Below, in pieces: positions 9,853-19,380 of a DNA stretch of 64,000 bases. A model generated the notes under the pieces. It did no database searches. It was not told the origin of the DNA and saw only the letters and a program-made list of their open reading frames with translations. Both the position numbers and the translations under genes were made by a program. The stretch is from a virus (taxonomy: Duplodnaviria; Caudoviricetes). The stretch is taken from positions 160,001-224,000 of IMG/VR virus record IMGVR_UViG_3300017716_001697. One strand, given 5' to 3'. Each line of letters begins with the position of its first letter. Position 1 is the stretch's first letter.

Positions 9853-10247
9853 GCAATGTAAAGATGATATGGGTAACTTTCCAGAAAGAAGGTATCCATA
9901 AATATCCGGCCGCATTAACTGACCCAAATCTAAATAAGGGTACAGGCGGGCCTGATAGTTGGCTTGATGTTAGCTTTCTGGGCTATCCACATAGACACAT
10001 GTTTAAATTTAAAGTGTGGATAGCAGTTACGCACGATGATCGTGATATTGAATTTATTCAGTTTAAACGGTGGCTTGAGAATTTATATACACAGTCTATT
10101 CTTGAGTTAGATTATAAGAGCTGTGAAATGATGAGTAACGACTTGTATGATGCAATATCTAAAGAATATCCTAACAGGGAAATTTGGATTGAAGTATCCG
10201 AAGACGGAGAAAATGGTTCATACACAGAGTATAGCACCGGTATTTGA
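9849..10247 (+). CDS. queD: QueD-like 6-carboxytetrahydropterin synthase
   Basis: T-fold size (132 aa), HRH metal motif, DIEF, SCE; context with queE and TGT-like gene. Confidence 0.7.
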   Translation: MSNVKMIWVTFQKEGIHKYPAALTDPNLNKGTGGPDSWLDVSFLGYPHRHMFKFKVWIAVTHDDRDIEFIQFKRWLENLYTQSILELDYKSCEMMSNDLYDAISKEYPNREIWIEVSEDGENGSYTEYSTGI

Positions 10248-10428
10248 TCCTAGATACAAGGCCGTGGTATTTGTTCCACCCAGTGATACTCCGTATTATG
10301 AAAGAGTAGACTGGGTGAGCAATAATACGTCGACTCGCATGGTGGATGTTAAATTCGAAAATCACGGAATGTATATAGCATTTGAAGACGAAAACGATGC
10401 ACTAATTTTTAAGATAAAATTCCTATGA
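10213..10428 (+). CDS. FKLRW-family small protein
   Basis: Ends FEDENDALIFKIKFL; ATG 10213 after GGAG. Confidence 0.6.
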   Translation: MVHTQSIAPVFDPRYKAVVFVPPSDTPYYERVDWVSNNTSTRMVDVKFENHGMYIAFEDENDALIFKIKFL

Positions 10429-10673
10429 CACTAAGAACACTAAAGACATCATTCTGTAAAGAAACACAGGATTGGTCGGAGGCTTACCGCAATATGTGTG
10501 TTAGCGAAGTTATACCAGTGATGGATATAGAGGACAGGTTACGTGTTGTAGAAGAGCGACTACTTATAGTAAATCCACCGGCTGGCAAATTTACTATGTA
10601 TCCTGCATTAGCAGAAGCATATAAAGAGTACAAACTAATAGAAAAACTAACATTAGGAAATAATGAAACATAA
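10425..10673 (+). CDS. Hypothetical protein
   Basis: 82 aa, ATGA-coupled. Confidence 0.55.
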   Translation: MTLRTLKTSFCKETQDWSEAYRNMCVSEVIPVMDIEDRLRVVEERLLIVNPPAGKFTMYPALAEAYKEYKLIEKLTLGNNET

Positions 10674-11631
10674 TATTCTAATCACAGGTGGTAGTGGGTT
10701 CGTAGGATCACAGGTAGCATCGGCATTGACTGATGAAGGACACACAATTACCATTGTAGATCGTGTCGATAAGAAACCGGGTGTCCCCGGTAATATTATT
10801 GTACGTGATTATCAAGAATTCTTTGCGCATAACAGAATACAGTATGATACAGTCATTCATTTAGCAGCCGAGCACCTAGTAGAACAGAGTGTGTCTGAAC
10901 CTGCAAAATATTACGTAAATAACGTGGTAAAAATGAAGGAAATGCTTGATTCTATGGTAGCTACTGGCATCAAGAATATTATGTTCAGCTCTAGCGGTAA
11001 TGTGTATGGCCGCCAAGGTGCTGCAGGATTCCCACTAAAAGAAGACATGTATTACGATCCCGAAAATGCATATGCATCTACTAAAGTTGCAGGCGAAATG
11101 TTAATTAAAGACTATTCGCGTGCATATGGATTAAACTATGTAAACTTTAGATACTTCAATGCAGCAGGTGCAGATCCATTATGCAGGTTTGGATATACCC
11201 AGCGCCCTGCAACCCATGTTATTCCTATCTTGTGCAATAAGATAATGAATAAACAGCCATTTACAATCTTCGGTGACGATTATCACACATTCGATCATAC
11301 GTGTGTTCGTGATTACGTAAACGTCTTTGACTTAGCTCAAGCACATGTTCTTGCCATTGATTTTCTAAACCGTGGCGGCAAAAATGAAACATTTAATGTA
11401 GGAGCCGGCAGTGGCGGTGTAAGTGTAAAGCAATTGGTAGATTGTGCAGGATTTGTATTAGGTGTTACGCCTGTAGTAGAATATGCACCACGCCGCGCCG
11501 GCGATCCAGCGATACTAATAGCAGATATTTCAAAAGCAGAGAAATTGCTTGGATGGAAACCACGATACACAATTAGTGATTCTATTAGACATGCATGGGC
11601 CTGGGAACATAAATTTGGAGGCACACCGTGA
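10663..11631 (+). CDS. galE: NAD-dependent NDP-sugar epimerase (GalE-like)
   Basis: TGGSGFVG, HLAA, FSSS, YxxxK (YASTK), RYFNAAG, CVRDY, RRAGDP. Confidence 0.9.
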   Translation: MKHNILITGGSGFVGSQVASALTDEGHTITIVDRVDKKPGVPGNIIVRDYQEFFAHNRIQYDTVIHLAAEHLVEQSVSEPAKYYVNNVVKMKEMLDSMVATGIKNIMFSSSGNVYGRQGAAGFPLKEDMYYDPENAYASTKVAGEMLIKDYSRAYGLNYVNFRYFNAAGADPLCRFGYTQRPATHVIPILCNKIMNKQPFTIFGDDYHTFDHTCVRDYVNVFDLAQAHVLAIDFLNRGGKNETFNVGAGSGGVSVKQLVDCAGFVLGVTPVVEYAPRRAGDPAILIADISKAEKLLGWKPRYTISDSIRHAWAWEHKFGGTP

Positions 11632-12161
11632 GCATATTTAACGGAAAGTTAACGGCCGCAGCCAGTGCTCCGGTCTATACGACAACAGCCAACACTATGG
11701 CTACCACTTTATACGGTGCTGGTGGCGGCGGAAGCTACATTACAGGTGCTGGTGGCTCAGCGAGTAACTTTACAGGAAATATCGGTACTGTCGGGACCGC
11801 TGGCCAATATATGATCTCAAACGGTACTACCGCGGCGTGGGCCAATAGCAATTATAGAGTATCGCCACTAGTGATTCATGGCAAAGATAATAAGGAGATC
11901 GTCCGGCTAAACGATGACGGCACCGTCACGTGGGCTAATGATATTGATGTCGACGAGGCCGCATTTGCGCTGGGACAATCACTGACACTTAACGTAGAAA
12001 ATTCAGCAGGCTTAACATATGCTGTAAAACAGCGTATGCGTGATACAGTGTTTGAAGAAATGATTTCTATGGCGAAAGAAAAGGGTGGCCTTACAGCCGA
12101 CGACTTGACTTATCTACATCAGGCTGCTAAAATAATGGACAAGCTCAAGGGCAAAGAATGA
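11628..12161 (+). CDS. Hypothetical protein, Gly/Thr/Ala-rich N-terminus
   Basis: 177 aa, GTG start overlapping upstream stop. Confidence 0.6.
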   Translation: MSIFNGKLTAAASAPVYTTTANTMATTLYGAGGGGSYITGAGGSASNFTGNIGTVGTAGQYMISNGTTAAWANSNYRVSPLVIHGKDNKEIVRLNDDGTVTWANDIDVDEAAFALGQSLTLNVENSAGLTYAVKQRMRDTVFEEMISMAKEKGGLTADDLTYLHQAAKIMDKLKGKE

Positions 12162-12364
12162 TAGACAAATTAATATCTGTAAATAGTAGATGGATAGATA
12201 ATGATACCGAACGTGCTACCCGTTGCATTATCGTGCGAGAGATTATATCCGAAGATGGCGAGCTATGGATAAAGTATAGTTCTCATGCACAAGATACTAT
12301 CTACGGTAGTACATACGATGCATTTCTTAAAAGATTCAAACAGGCAGGCAACAATGAAATTTAA
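12158..12364 (+). CDS. Hypothetical protein
   Basis: 68 aa, ATGA-coupled. Confidence 0.5.
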   Translation: MIDKLISVNSRWIDNDTERATRCIIVREIISEDGELWIKYSSHAQDTIYGSTYDAFLKRFKQAGNNEI

Positions 12365-12387
12365 TCAAACACAGTTAGAGGCCAAAA

Positions 12388-12591
12388 ATGTTAAAAGATA
12401 GACGAGTCCTTATCGAGCAGGAAATTAAAAAAGCTCACAATCAGGCAGCTAATATGTATCTAGATATTGTTGTCAGTGGTACCGATGATGATGCACACAG
12501 TCCAGAATACCAAGCGTTAAAGGATAAAATCATAAGTTTGCAGGTTGACCTTGATGTAATCAATACGCTAATCTCCAAAGGTTACGAATGA
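12388..12591 (+). CDS. Hypothetical protein
   Basis: 67 aa, GAGG RBS. Confidence 0.55.
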   Translation: MLKDRRVLIEQEIKKAHNQAANMYLDIVVSGTDDDAHSPEYQALKDKIISLQVDLDVINTLISKGYE

Positions 12592-12845
12592 ACGAGGAAA
12601 CAATTAAAGATCTAGCCATGCAAGCTGGATTCACGGTAACCCGAAATATGCAAGGACCGGTTGATGTTATAGAAGGTCGTGCAGTAGAAGCACGATCAGA
12701 ATGGGTACAAAACATGACATTAGCCCGATTTGTACAATACAGGTCACGATTTACACACTTTACTTTCTATACAATGGCCGCCGGCGTAGATTATACTTTC
12801 GTCCGTTCTGCTATGTTTACCCCTTGCCAAACGGAGACACAATGA
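12588..12845 (+). CDS. Hypothetical protein, MNERI-family-like N-terminus
   Basis: Starts MNEETIKDLAMQAG. Confidence 0.5.
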   Translation: MNEETIKDLAMQAGFTVTRNMQGPVDVIEGRAVEARSEWVQNMTLARFVQYRSRFTHFTFYTMAAGVDYTFVRSAMFTPCQTETQ

Positions 12846-13003
12846 TTCTAACATACGAAGAATGGATTAAGAATCACACAATAACGGTGAACCAAGAATT
12901 GTGTGATGATATGAAAAGATTACTAGGTATTGATGCCATGGCTGAAGCCGAAAGAGCACTGCGTCACGAATACCAGCTATACTTGGAACAACAAAATGTT
13001 TAA
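12842..13003 (+). CDS. 53-aa protein with gp23-like segment
   Basis: ATG 12842 after GGAG; ELCDDMKRLLGIDAMAE resembles gp23 ELAQDLRAVHGMDADAE. Confidence 0.55.
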   Translation: MILTYEEWIKNHTITVNQELCDDMKRLLGIDAMAEAERALRHEYQLYLEQQNV

Positions 13004-13193
13004 ACCTGATCCAAAATTTGGCTGGCATATATATTGGATTGCCCCATTGTTAATAATCGGTGGCATAATCGGCAAGCCATTACACTATCTTGAAAAACGT
13101 AGGCAACGTAAGCATATGGAAAAGATTATGCAGGATCCGGAGATTGTTGAATTGGCTAGACTCGCAGGATTAGTTGAACGTAAACGAAAATAA
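12996..13193 (+). CDS. Small single-pass membrane protein
   Basis: Hydrophobic IYWIAPLLIIGGIIG; ATG 12996. Confidence 0.5.
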   Translation: MFKPDPKFGWHIYWIAPLLIIGGIIGKPLHYLEKRRQRKHMEKIMQDPEIVELARLAGLVERKRK

Positions 13194-13202
13194 TGCTATA
13201 AT
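13174..13202 (+). promoter_or_regulatory. sigma70-type promoter (extended -10)
   Basis: TTGAAC-N17-TATAAT with TG at extended -10. Confidence 0.65.
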
Positions 13203-13207
13203 ATAAT

Positions 13208-13423
13208 ATGAATGAACGAATTGAAGAACTCGCCAGACATGCATTTGTGGCAGGTCTAGATACAGACCCAATTCTGTATTACGAAATAGAAAAATTTGCC
13301 GAATTACTCATTAAAGAATGCGCTTTTCAAGCATGTAATGATTTCGGCAGCGGCGGACAGTTCTATGAGGGTGCTAAGTTTGCAGCAACCCAGATTAAAG
13401 AACACTTCGGAATTAAGGAATAA
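13208..13423 (+). CDS. MNERI/KFAEL/HFG family small protein
   Basis: MNERIEELA...EKFAELLIKEC...IKEHFGIKE. Confidence 0.75.
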   Translation: MNERIEELARHAFVAGLDTDPILYYEIEKFAELLIKECAFQACNDFGSGGQFYEGAKFAATQIKEHFGIKE

Positions 13424-13576
13424 CAATGAACAATATTAATCAGCCTTGGCGCCTGTTGCCAAATCATATTAAACAGTGGGTTAGAGATAATGGATATGTT
13501 ATCCACGAATCCAGCAGTGGCGCAACGTATTACCCAGAGTGGCGCTGTGAATATATAAAATCAGTGGAGAATTAAA

Positions 13577-14467
13577 TTGTTTGGAACTAACGAAATTATC
13601 GGTAAGAAGTATTTTAAAGACGCACCAAAGGACAGCTTGTTTGTTACAAGCATGTTCTTCACGCTCCAGGGCGAAGGCCCCTATGCCGGTATGCCTGCAT
13701 TGTTCATCCGCCTAGCAAAGTGTAATCTGACTTGTTCATTCTGTGACACCTTCTTTGATGACGGCGAGTGGATGACGTTTGACCAAATTGACAATAAAAT
13801 GTTCGACACCATCCGTGAGTATTGGGTCAATCAGGGCAAAGAGGTACCTGAATGGGCTATTCCTAGATTCGACCGGCCCCAACCTAGGTTCAGCTTTCCG
13901 AATATTGTGCTGGTGATGACGGGCGGCGAACCGTTGTTGCAAGAAAACATCACGTCATTCATGCATGACCAACTAAAGACCTTCAAGGCAGTCCAAGTTG
14001 AAAGCAACGGTATCCCTGACACAGAAGTGCCATATGGTGTTACTCTCGTCTGTAGCCCAAAGTGTCTGGAAAAAGATGGCAAGGCAGTAAAGTATCTGGC
14101 GCCATCTAAGACTATCCTTCAACGTGCGGACTGTCTGAAATTTGTGATGACCGCAGAAGAAGGCAATCCATACCACACCGTACCTGATTGGGCACTTGAT
14201 TGGAAGTTTAATACTGGTCGAGAAATCTATTGCTCTCCGATGAATGTGTACAATGACTTTCCACAACAGATTAAATTGTTACGTGCTGAAAAGGGCGTAA
14301 TCACAATGGCAGAGCGCAGCACAGTTGATGAGGTTATCTCGTGGTGGGAAAAGGATTTGCTTAACATGCCAAAGAATGAAGATAATCATAAGTACGTCGG
14401 TCAATATTGTATGCAACACGGTCTGCGCATGCAGATGCAAATGCACCTTTTTGCGAGTTTAGCATGA
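13577..14467 (+). CDS. queE: 7-carboxy-7-deazaguanine synthase (radical SAM)
   Basis: TLQGEG, FIRLAKCNLTCSFCDT (CxxxCxxC), TGGEP, VESNG, CSPK, QMH. Confidence 0.92.
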   Translation: MFGTNEIIGKKYFKDAPKDSLFVTSMFFTLQGEGPYAGMPALFIRLAKCNLTCSFCDTFFDDGEWMTFDQIDNKMFDTIREYWVNQGKEVPEWAIPRFDRPQPRFSFPNIVLVMTGGEPLLQENITSFMHDQLKTFKAVQVESNGIPDTEVPYGVTLVCSPKCLEKDGKAVKYLAPSKTILQRADCLKFVMTAEEGNPYHTVPDWALDWKFNTGREIYCSPMNVYNDFPQQIKLLRAEKGVITMAERSTVDEVISWWEKDLLNMPKNEDNHKYVGQYCMQHGLRMQMQMHLFASLA

Positions 14468-14703
14468 AACTTAATTATACATACGGCCCCGGTACACTAA
14501 CAATTACTAAAATTTTTGAGCCGGGTGAAAAATATATCAGTGCTTATCTATGGGATCGTAAAGATGGCCGAGCAACCAAAGAGTTGGTCGAAAGTATGCT
14601 GCCAGGGTGTAAATTTGTAGGTGTACAACACGGCAGAGTGGCTAGCCCTATAACACTTGCACCTACGTCATGGACTAAGGTATTAGTTGAACGGACGGAG
14701 TAG
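14464..14703 (+). CDS. Hypothetical protein
   Basis: ATG 14464 overlapping queE stop. Confidence 0.5.
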   Translation: MKLNYTYGPGTLTITKIFEPGEKYISAYLWDRKDGRATKELVESMLPGCKFVGVQHGRVASPITLAPTSWTKVLVERTE

Positions 14704-14859
14704 AAGTATGAAATCAAGAATCTACGGACACTTTGGGTCTTATAGCGCAGCATACGAAGCAGTTGGTGAGAAGTTTAAGGAAAGTAGAAACTTTTCTATT
14801 CAGCGCAGCACTGACTATCGTATGTATCCTTATGTGTTAATCTATTACGGAAATTTTGT

Positions 14860-15051
14860 ATGAACGAACGACTTGCAGAACTTATTGAAAAGGCAGATAG
14901 TAAATTTGTGCGTAGAGGCGTACATCTAGTCGAGGTCGTTGATCAGGAAAAATTTGCCGAGACACTCATTCACGAATGTTTGCAGCATCTAACCAACATC
15001 GGTCAGGATTATGCCCGCGAACAATTAGAGAAACACTTTGGAATAAAATAA
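14860..15051 (+). CDS. MNERI/KFAEL/HFG family small protein
   Basis: MNERLAEL...EKFAETLIHEC...EKHFGIK. Confidence 0.75.
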   Translation: MNERLAELIEKADSKFVRRGVHLVEVVDQEKFAETLIHECLQHLTNIGQDYAREQLEKHFGIK

Positions 15052-15242
15052 TGGAACCTGATGCTAAAGACGAAAAGATATTTGAACTACAAGAAGAAAA
15101 CAGATATCTCCGTGGTCAGATAACTTATCTACAAGAACAGCTATCGAGCGCAGAAGACGAGATGGATAGAAAGGTTTTACGATTAGAAGATAAGATTGCA
15201 GACCTAGAAGAACGCCTAGGAGACGCATTATATGGAAGCTAA
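15051..15242 (+). CDS. Small coiled-coil protein
   Basis: ATG 15051; heptad-like E/L/Q-rich sequence. Confidence 0.55.
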   Translation: MEPDAKDEKIFELQEENRYLRGQITYLQEQLSSAEDEMDRKVLRLEDKIADLEERLGDALYGS

Positions 15243-15247
15243 GGTTA

Positions 15248-15463
15248 ATGTTAAAATACGATCTAGTTGAATGGATAAATGTAATACAACCAGAAATATT
15301 GCGACAGGGTTACACCGATATTCCTAATTGCAAATGCGCTAAAATTGCAGGTAACTTCGAACGTGAATTCCACGTAGAGTTCTTATCGCAAGAAGATGAA
15401 GTTTGTTTTGTCTTATTGTTTGGTCGTGGAGTAACAATGGTAAGAACAGATGAAGTTCTATAA
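15248..15463 (+). CDS. FKLRW-family-like small protein (divergent)
   Basis: VEFLSQEDEVCFVLLFG. Confidence 0.55.
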   Translation: MLKYDLVEWINVIQPEILRQGYTDIPNCKCAKIAGNFEREFHVEFLSQEDEVCFVLLFGRGVTMVRTDEVL

Positions 15464-15665
15464 TAAAAATCCTAAGTTACGCGATACGTGGGTTAAGGTA
15501 AAATTCCGATTGCCCTGGCCATTCGTACTTAAAGATGACATGAAGTCGTGGGCTCAACGCCATCCCAGCACAGGCAGATTCTACGGTAAATATAATAGTT
15601 GGCAATTCGAAAACGAGGCTGATGCATTGCTTTTCAAACTTAGATGGGGTTATAATACAGCATGA
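15450..15665 (+). CDS. FKLRW-family small protein
   Basis: WQFENEADALLFKLRWG. Confidence 0.75.
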   Translation: MKFYNKNPKLRDTWVKVKFRLPWPFVLKDDMKSWAQRHPSTGRFYGKYNSWQFENEADALLFKLRWGYNTA

Positions 15666-15877
15666 GCTATCCAGATGAATTTATACACCGAGTTTACAAA
15701 ACTCAGGCTCGAGTTTTATTTAGTATACCAAAACGTCTCGATGAGATTGTTAAATCAGAACCGGATTCTTACATAGACGTTATATACGAAAATCTGAGAC
15801 CAATAATTGTGATTGTCTTTCCTACACAAGAAGACTGTCTAGCTTTTACACTTAAAAATGGAAACAAATATGTTTAA
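15662..15877 (+). CDS. FKLRW-family-like small protein
   Basis: IVFPTQEDCLAFTLK. Confidence 0.6.
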   Translation: MSYPDEFIHRVYKTQARVLFSIPKRLDEIVKSEPDSYIDVIYENLRPIIVIVFPTQEDCLAFTLKNGNKYV

Positions 15878-16499
15878 AATGAAATATGGTTGGCTACCTG
15901 CACACTGGGGTCTTAAGGGCAAGACACGGGAAGTTGCTAAGGCTGAATATGAGTTAGCGGGATACGATCTTGAATATCGTCTTCTAGAAATTAAGAAAGA
16001 TGAACTTTCTGAAAATGATTATGCACAGAAGCAAATCGATCTTTCGTTTAAACATGGTAAGATTACCAAGGCTGAGCAGATGCGTATGCTTGTTGCCCGC
16101 ATTACCGACGAAGGACAGAAGGCATTAGCATCTTTAGAACTTGATTACAAAGAAGGTTTCATAACAGACACCGAATATCAGAAACAAGCTGCTACACTCA
16201 AAGGCGAGCCGTGGGTAACAGTAATTAGTATGGACTTCGGTGGTCGTCAATCTCTAGAAGGTAGTTTTGAATTAGACTGGAATGATTTCTTTGTTGCAAA
16301 CTTAATTAAGGATGGCTACCAGGGCCCAACACCAGACAACATTGTGAACCAGTGGTTCATGACTGTATGCAAGAATGTCGCGCTAGAGGAATTCGACGGC
16401 ACGGGCAATTTCAACGCTGACGCGGATGCCAATTTCGAAACTATGAAACGTTGGAACTCTACGGAATCCTTAGACGGTGTTAGAAAAGGTTATAAATAA
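15858..16499 (+). CDS. Hypothetical protein
   Basis: 213 aa ORF with good codon usage. Confidence 0.75.
   Translation: METNMFKMKYGWLPAHWGLKGKTREVAKAEYELAGYDLEYRLLEIKKDELSENDYAQKQIDLSFKHGKITKAEQMRMLVARITDEGQKALASLELDYKEGFITDTEYQKQAATLKGEPWVTVISMDFGGRQSLEGSFELDWNDFFVANLIKDGYQGPTPDNIVNQWFMTVCKNVALEEFDGTGNFNADADANFETMKRWNSTESLDGVRKGYK
16491..16498 (+). promoter_or_regulatory. T4-late-like promoter motif
   Basis: TATAAATA; also at 21217 and 44235 (+) and 43697 (-). Confidence 0.5.
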
Positions 16500-16771
16500 T
16501 GTGTCATATTCAAACATATTACACTATGAAACGTCGTCGCGGTGGCGAAACCCTAACACCGCGCAATAAGTTGCTATGGCATAGAATGCATTCCTGCCCC
16601 GGCAATGTACACCATAAAGTTCCGCGTGCAAAAATCATTTTCAATCGCCGAGTCAAATATGGTCATGCGTGTTACGTCATGTACTGGCGTTCACACCACG
16701 GGGAGTATCTAGCAATGAAATCCTTTACCGCTAGACCTAGAGTTAAAACTGTAGTATAATTACAACATAAG

Positions 16772-17818
16772 ATGACAAAACCACATACATTTATTCACAC
16801 TGACGGACAGAATTTATTTCATCGTCAAATTAATATGACTAATCCAGCGTTAGGATTAGACAGTGCTATCGGAATGGCACTTCATATGATTCTGTATAGC
16901 ATGAAAAAGGAGTGGAATAGATTCGGTGGAACCCACTGTGTATTCTATATGGAAGGGTATTCATGGCGTAAGCATGTGTATCCACCATACAAGGCAAATC
17001 GTGTCGTAGCTGCGCAATCACTTACAGAACAGGAACAGGAAAATAAAGAAATCCTGCAAGGTGCATTCGATGATCTGGTATCCTTTATTAACGAAGGTAC
17101 CAATATTACTGTTCTAAGGAATCCTAAGGCCGAAGCTGATGATATGATTGCAATTTTCATCGAAGCTCACCCCGATGATAATCATGTCCTGATTAGTTCA
17201 GACTCTGATTTCTATCAACTGTTGCGCTTTCCTAATCTTACAATCTATGATCCGGTGAAAGATATCAGAATTACTCGCGACGGAATCCATGACGATCACG
17301 GTAAACGTCTTGCGTTTGCTGTTGATTCCACAGCTAAGATTAAGGTAGGTAAACCAGATCCCAATTTCACTGTTGATCCGGATTGGTACAATTATGCACT
17401 ATTTCTAAAATGTGTGCGTGGTGATAAGACTGATAATATCTTTAGCGCATATCCTGGTGTTCGTGAAAAAGGTACTAAATCATCAGTGGGCATTCGTGAA
17501 TGCTACAACGACACAAACAAGGGCTATGCATGGAACAACTTCATGCGTCAGAAATGGGTAGACGAGAATTCAATTGAACAGGAAGTGAAAAATTGTTACG
17601 AACGTAACAAGCTTCTTATTGATCTTTCCCAAATTCCCACAGACGTGAAAGAAGAGTGTCTAACTGTCATTGCAGAAACAACTGATCGAAAAAATGTTCC
17701 GGCACTCACAATAGGTACTGGTTTTATGAAATTCTGCGGACGTTGGGCACTAAAGAAGATCGGCGACAATTCAGCAGATTTCATGCCAATGTTGAAATCA
17801 AAATACAGTAACGAATAA
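16772..17818 (+). CDS. rnh: T4-type RNase H / 5'-3' flap exonuclease
   Basis: TDG, WRKHVYPPYKANR, EADDMI, SSDSDFYQL, RGDKTDNI acidic motifs. Confidence 0.9.
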   Translation: MTKPHTFIHTDGQNLFHRQINMTNPALGLDSAIGMALHMILYSMKKEWNRFGGTHCVFYMEGYSWRKHVYPPYKANRVVAAQSLTEQEQENKEILQGAFDDLVSFINEGTNITVLRNPKAEADDMIAIFIEAHPDDNHVLISSDSDFYQLLRFPNLTIYDPVKDIRITRDGIHDDHGKRLAFAVDSTAKIKVGKPDPNFTVDPDWYNYALFLKCVRGDKTDNIFSAYPGVREKGTKSSVGIRECYNDTNKGYAWNNFMRQKWVDENSIEQEVKNCYERNKLLIDLSQIPTDVKEECLTVIAETTDRKNVPALTIGTGFMKFCGRWALKKIGDNSADFMPMLKSKYSNE

Positions 17819-17819
17819 A

Positions 17820-18065
17820 ATGACAACACTAAAATGGATATGCTGCTGGTTATTCTTTTATTCTGGTGACATTGCATCACGAATAATGGTGCGGCGCGCC
17901 GATGATGAGAAATGGTGCGACTTCTGGTATCAAATATATAATGAATGTATGTTGTTATCCAGCAACATACAGGATGATGCCGGTCGAGATCCAAACAAAT
18001 GTGCTGATGTCACGGGCTGGCCGTGGTCGCTGATTAACGAAAAAAAGGAAAATGAATGTCCGTGA
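17820..18065 (+). CDS. Hypothetical protein
   Basis: 81 aa. Confidence 0.45.
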   Translation: MTTLKWICCWLFFYSGDIASRIMVRRADDEKWCDFWYQIYNECMLLSSNIQDDAGRDPNKCADVTGWPWSLINEKKENECP

Positions 18066-18553
18066 AATTAAAACCTATTACCGAAACATCGTGGCTTGTT
18101 ATCGGGGACACTGACGAAATCCGTATCGGATTGTTAACTGAAATTAGAAATCAGTATGTGTTAATGGTAGCTGGCGCAAAACAACAATTCCTTGACAGGA
18201 AGGCAGTAAACAAATACTTCGAAGAAGATGTATTTGGGAATATTGCAGAACCGGTTGCTCAGACAGATACTAAGAAAGATTATTTTATTAACGGTTATCC
18301 AGTTGACTTTGATAACCCTAGTGAAGTGCTAATCAAAGGTAATACGTTACCACTGTTTAGTAAGAAATCAACCAGCGATGTATATTACAGTGCCGGGTAT
18401 TATTGCCTAAACTTCCCTAAGAATTGGATGCCTGCATATTGCCCTAAGTTGTCTACTCTAGGTACATATGAATATGCAGGGCCATTTAAAACTGAAATTG
18501 AAATGCGCTCAAGTCTTACTCGCCTACGGAAAGATAAGAATTTAAAGAAATGA
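18056..18553 (+). CDS. Hypothetical protein
   Basis: 165 aa, AAGGA RBS. Confidence 0.7.
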   Translation: MSVKLKPITETSWLVIGDTDEIRIGLLTEIRNQYVLMVAGAKQQFLDRKAVNKYFEEDVFGNIAEPVAQTDTKKDYFINGYPVDFDNPSEVLIKGNTLPLFSKKSTSDVYYSAGYYCLNFPKNWMPAYCPKLSTLGTYEYAGPFKTEIEMRSSLTRLRKDKNLKK

Positions 18554-18753
18554 GTGAAATTGCTAAACTACGACAACGCTTATCAAATGTAAATAAGCGA
18601 GTCACTGAATATAGGATGACAGTCGATGAAGCTAAAGCTTTGTTGAAGGAAATTGATACTGTCACTGAAGAACAAAAACAAGAACCACCTCAAGTGGTTG
18701 TCAATGAACCCGCTATTATAACTAGAATAATGGATGGCGGCGCTTTTGAATAA
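18550..18753 (+). CDS. Hypothetical protein
   Basis: 67 aa, ATGA-coupled. Confidence 0.6.
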   Translation: MSEIAKLRQRLSNVNKRVTEYRMTVDEAKALLKEIDTVTEEQKQEPPQVVVNEPAIITRIMDGGAFE

Positions 18754-18775
18754 GCCCTTCGGGGCTTATTTTTTG
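18752..18775. terminator. Intrinsic terminator between convergent genes
   Basis: AAGCCC-TTCG-GGGCTT followed by ATTTTT. Confidence 0.8.
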
Positions 18776-19017
18776 GCCGGTAAAACGCTTATAGAAAGTT
18801 TAGGTCTACTCTTGTGCAAGCTGTTTGCTGCAATCAATGCTGACTTTTCTGTAGCAAATGGTTTAATCTTACCACCAGATTTCCATGGATTACCGTTAAT
18901 GGTAATGTAGTAGTTAAGCGGTATCTCTGCAACAGTTGGTTTAACTTCAGCACGATTATCTTGCTGGTCTAGCCATAGCTGATTTACCCTACCTTCGGTT
19001 ATTTCTGTTAATTTCAT
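18766..19017 (-). CDS. Hypothetical (probable late) protein
   Basis: 83 aa, MKLTEI start; GATAAATA on - strand at 19023-19030. Confidence 0.65.
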   Translation of the reverse strand: MKLTEITEGRVNQLWLDQQDNRAEVKPTVAEIPLNYYITINGNPWKSGGKIKPFATEKSALIAANSLHKSRPKLSISVLPAKK

Positions 19018-19089
19018 AGTAGTATTTATCTCAATTCAATAAACTGGTATATTTGATAAATATATGTATACTTATTGGAGATACAGTAA

Positions 19090-19380
19090 ATGGCGCGTCC
19101 AAAACCCACAATAATCCTTGAACACGTTGATTCAAAGACATACAAGGCTGAACAAATTCTCGAAGCTGAATCAGTCTATGCTGTATTCTACCAGGGTAAA
19201 CCTATCAACCTACGTACACTGAGTCATCTTATTTCTTACCCTGGCCCAAAGTACAAGAAGGTCAGTTTTTCTAATTCCGGGCACGCATTTAATTTGGCAG
19301 ATCGCCTAAATAAACAATTCAAAACTGATGAATTCAAAGTATTTAGGCTTGATGTAGGTACACTGTGTATTGAGAATTAA
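19090..19380 (+). CDS. Hypothetical protein
   Basis: 96 aa MARPKPTIILEH...; GATAAATA at 19055 and GGAG RBS. Confidence 0.75.
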   Translation: MARPKPTIILEHVDSKTYKAEQILEAESVYAVFYQGKPINLRTLSHLISYPGPKYKKVSFSNSGHAFNLADRLNKQFKTDEFKVFRLDVGTLCIEN

